A DNA stretch of 63,047 nt, filler included, from Craspedostauros australis (Eukaryota): the NCBI GenBank assembly GCA_030167865.1. It is 19 parts of 19 records of this genome, joined end to end, with 100 filler letters (N's around TTAATTAATTAA, not from the genome) between each part and the next. Parts side by side here need not be neighbours in the genome. Positions count along the whole stretch, not along the records: positions 61,279 to 63,047 come from JALAGF010002380.1; 18 more parts are not named here. One strand, 5' to 3'. The notes beneath the pieces are model-generated. The model did not search any database, was not told where the DNA came from, and saw only the letters and a list, made by a program, of their open reading frames with translations. Numbering within the stretch: position 1 is the stretch's first letter; the number at the start of each line of letters is the position of its first letter. The translations under genes and the position numbers were made by a program. Of this stretch, positions 61,874 through 63,047 are shown in pieces.

Positions 61874-63047
61874 TTACCAACCCATGATCTTGAATCGCAG
61901 GTATTCGAAGACTGCGATGGACAATCCTTTAGTGAAGATGTCGGCCAGTTGCTCCGGTGTTGCGATGTGCTGGATGTAGATGAACCCTGCCTTGACCCAG
62001 TACCAAAAGAAGTGCCACTTAGTCAGNNNNNNNNNNNNNNNNNNNNNNNNNNNNNNNNNNNNNNNNNNNNNNNNNNNNNNNNNNNNNNNNNNNNNNNNNC
62101 TCAAACACAGTGCACTGTAGGTTGGTGTGCAGCGGCATGTTGGTGCCGGCGTTGTTGATGACTTGGCGGATGAGCTGTTGGATTGGAATCAGCGTGCGCA
62201 TTGCGAGAGAGAGAGCGGCGTACTCGGACTCCATCGTAGATAGAGCAATCTCAGTTTGGAGTTTGGACTTCCAAATGAGTGGGCACCCTCCCAATGTGAT
62301 GAGATAGCCAGTGCGCGACTTGACGGAAACGGGGTCCTTGCTGTCCTCTCGTCCGTAGAGCCCTGCGAAGTCTGCATCCACGTAGCACTTGAGATCGAGC
62401 TGCCCGGTGGGACGCACGATGGTGCCCTTGTCCTCAGTGTGCTTGAGGTAGCGCATGATGCGCTTGATGGCCTTGGCGTGTGAGCGGCGAGGGTCACTTC
62501 CGAAGCGAGCGACTTGGGAGACTGCGAATGCCAGGTCGGGGCGAGTGTTGGTCGTGAGATACAGCAGCATGCCGACGACGGAGCGGTAGTTCCATGGTTC
62601 ATTCATGGGAGGCTCATGCTTGCACTGTCCCAGTGCGAGCTGCGTAGTTGGTACGGGGCACGGACTGCAGTTCGCCATCTTCGTAGTTGCGAGGATTTTC
62701 TTGATCAATCCTGGCTGGCGGAGATGGACCGTGTCTGCTTTTGGATCACGGCTGAGCTCGATTCCCAGGAACTCGGTGAAGCTTCCTTCTTGGGTGAGCT
62801 CAAAGCCGAGGTCGCGCATTGACTTGATGAAGTCGGCGGCGGCTTGCTTGGTCTTGGAGGCGATGCCCGCATCGTCAACGTAGAGGACGATCATAATGTC
62901 CTGCTTGATGAACAAGCACTGCTCCTGATCGCAGGCCTTGAAGCCGATCGTTGTGAGGGCTCGGATGAGATGTTCATACCAGAGGCGAGGAGCAATCGTC
63001 AAGCCGTACAGGCTCTTGCGGAGCTTGAGGCAGGTGTCGGGACCCTT
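61874..63047 (-). mobile_element. Ty1/Copia pol, RT and RNase H, 3' end
   Basis: KSLYGL..APRLWY, LYVDD, TRPDLAFAVSQVARF, YVDADFAG, SRTGY, ALSTMESEY and QLADIFTKGL...IMGW*. Confidence 0.95.

Noticed and set aside
1..63047. rRNA, tRNA, CRISPR or prokaryotic operons
   Set aside because: None recognised by eye. Gene structure is eukaryotic. tRNAscan-SE and Infernal would be needed to exclude small RNAs.

Overview
Eukaryotic nuclear DNA, very likely from a diatom or related photosynthetic stramenopile. The evidence is GT-AG introns, a bipartite plastid presequence on EPSPS, an IDI-squalene synthase fusion and CoDi-like Ty1/Copia elements. The window is not one locus. It is 19 contigs joined by 18 artificial 100-bp spacers (44 N + TTAATTAATTAA + 44 N), so adjacency across spacers has no biological meaning. 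The gene-rich contig (10353-26239) carries a DCC-family thiol-disulfide oxidoreductase, pyruvate dehydrogenase kinase, a 4-exon IDI-SQS fusion gene, a ~1.1-kb TIR transposon relic, an F-box-like/WD40 protein, plastid EPSPS and a 2OG-Fe(II) dioxygenase. Other contigs hold an LRR gene, an isochorismatase-like/TTL ATP-grasp fusion, Nup133, a CobW C-terminus, duplicated BTB and ankyrin genes, a highly regular ankyrin array and many retrotransposon fragments. The best leads are the isochorismatase-TTL fusion, a Copia LTR family starting AG instead of TG in three copies, a DARPin-like ankyrin array, a chromodomain-like module in a Copia pol, and a stop-bearing intron at the IDI/SQS junction. All calls come from reading motifs by eye; no database searches were run.
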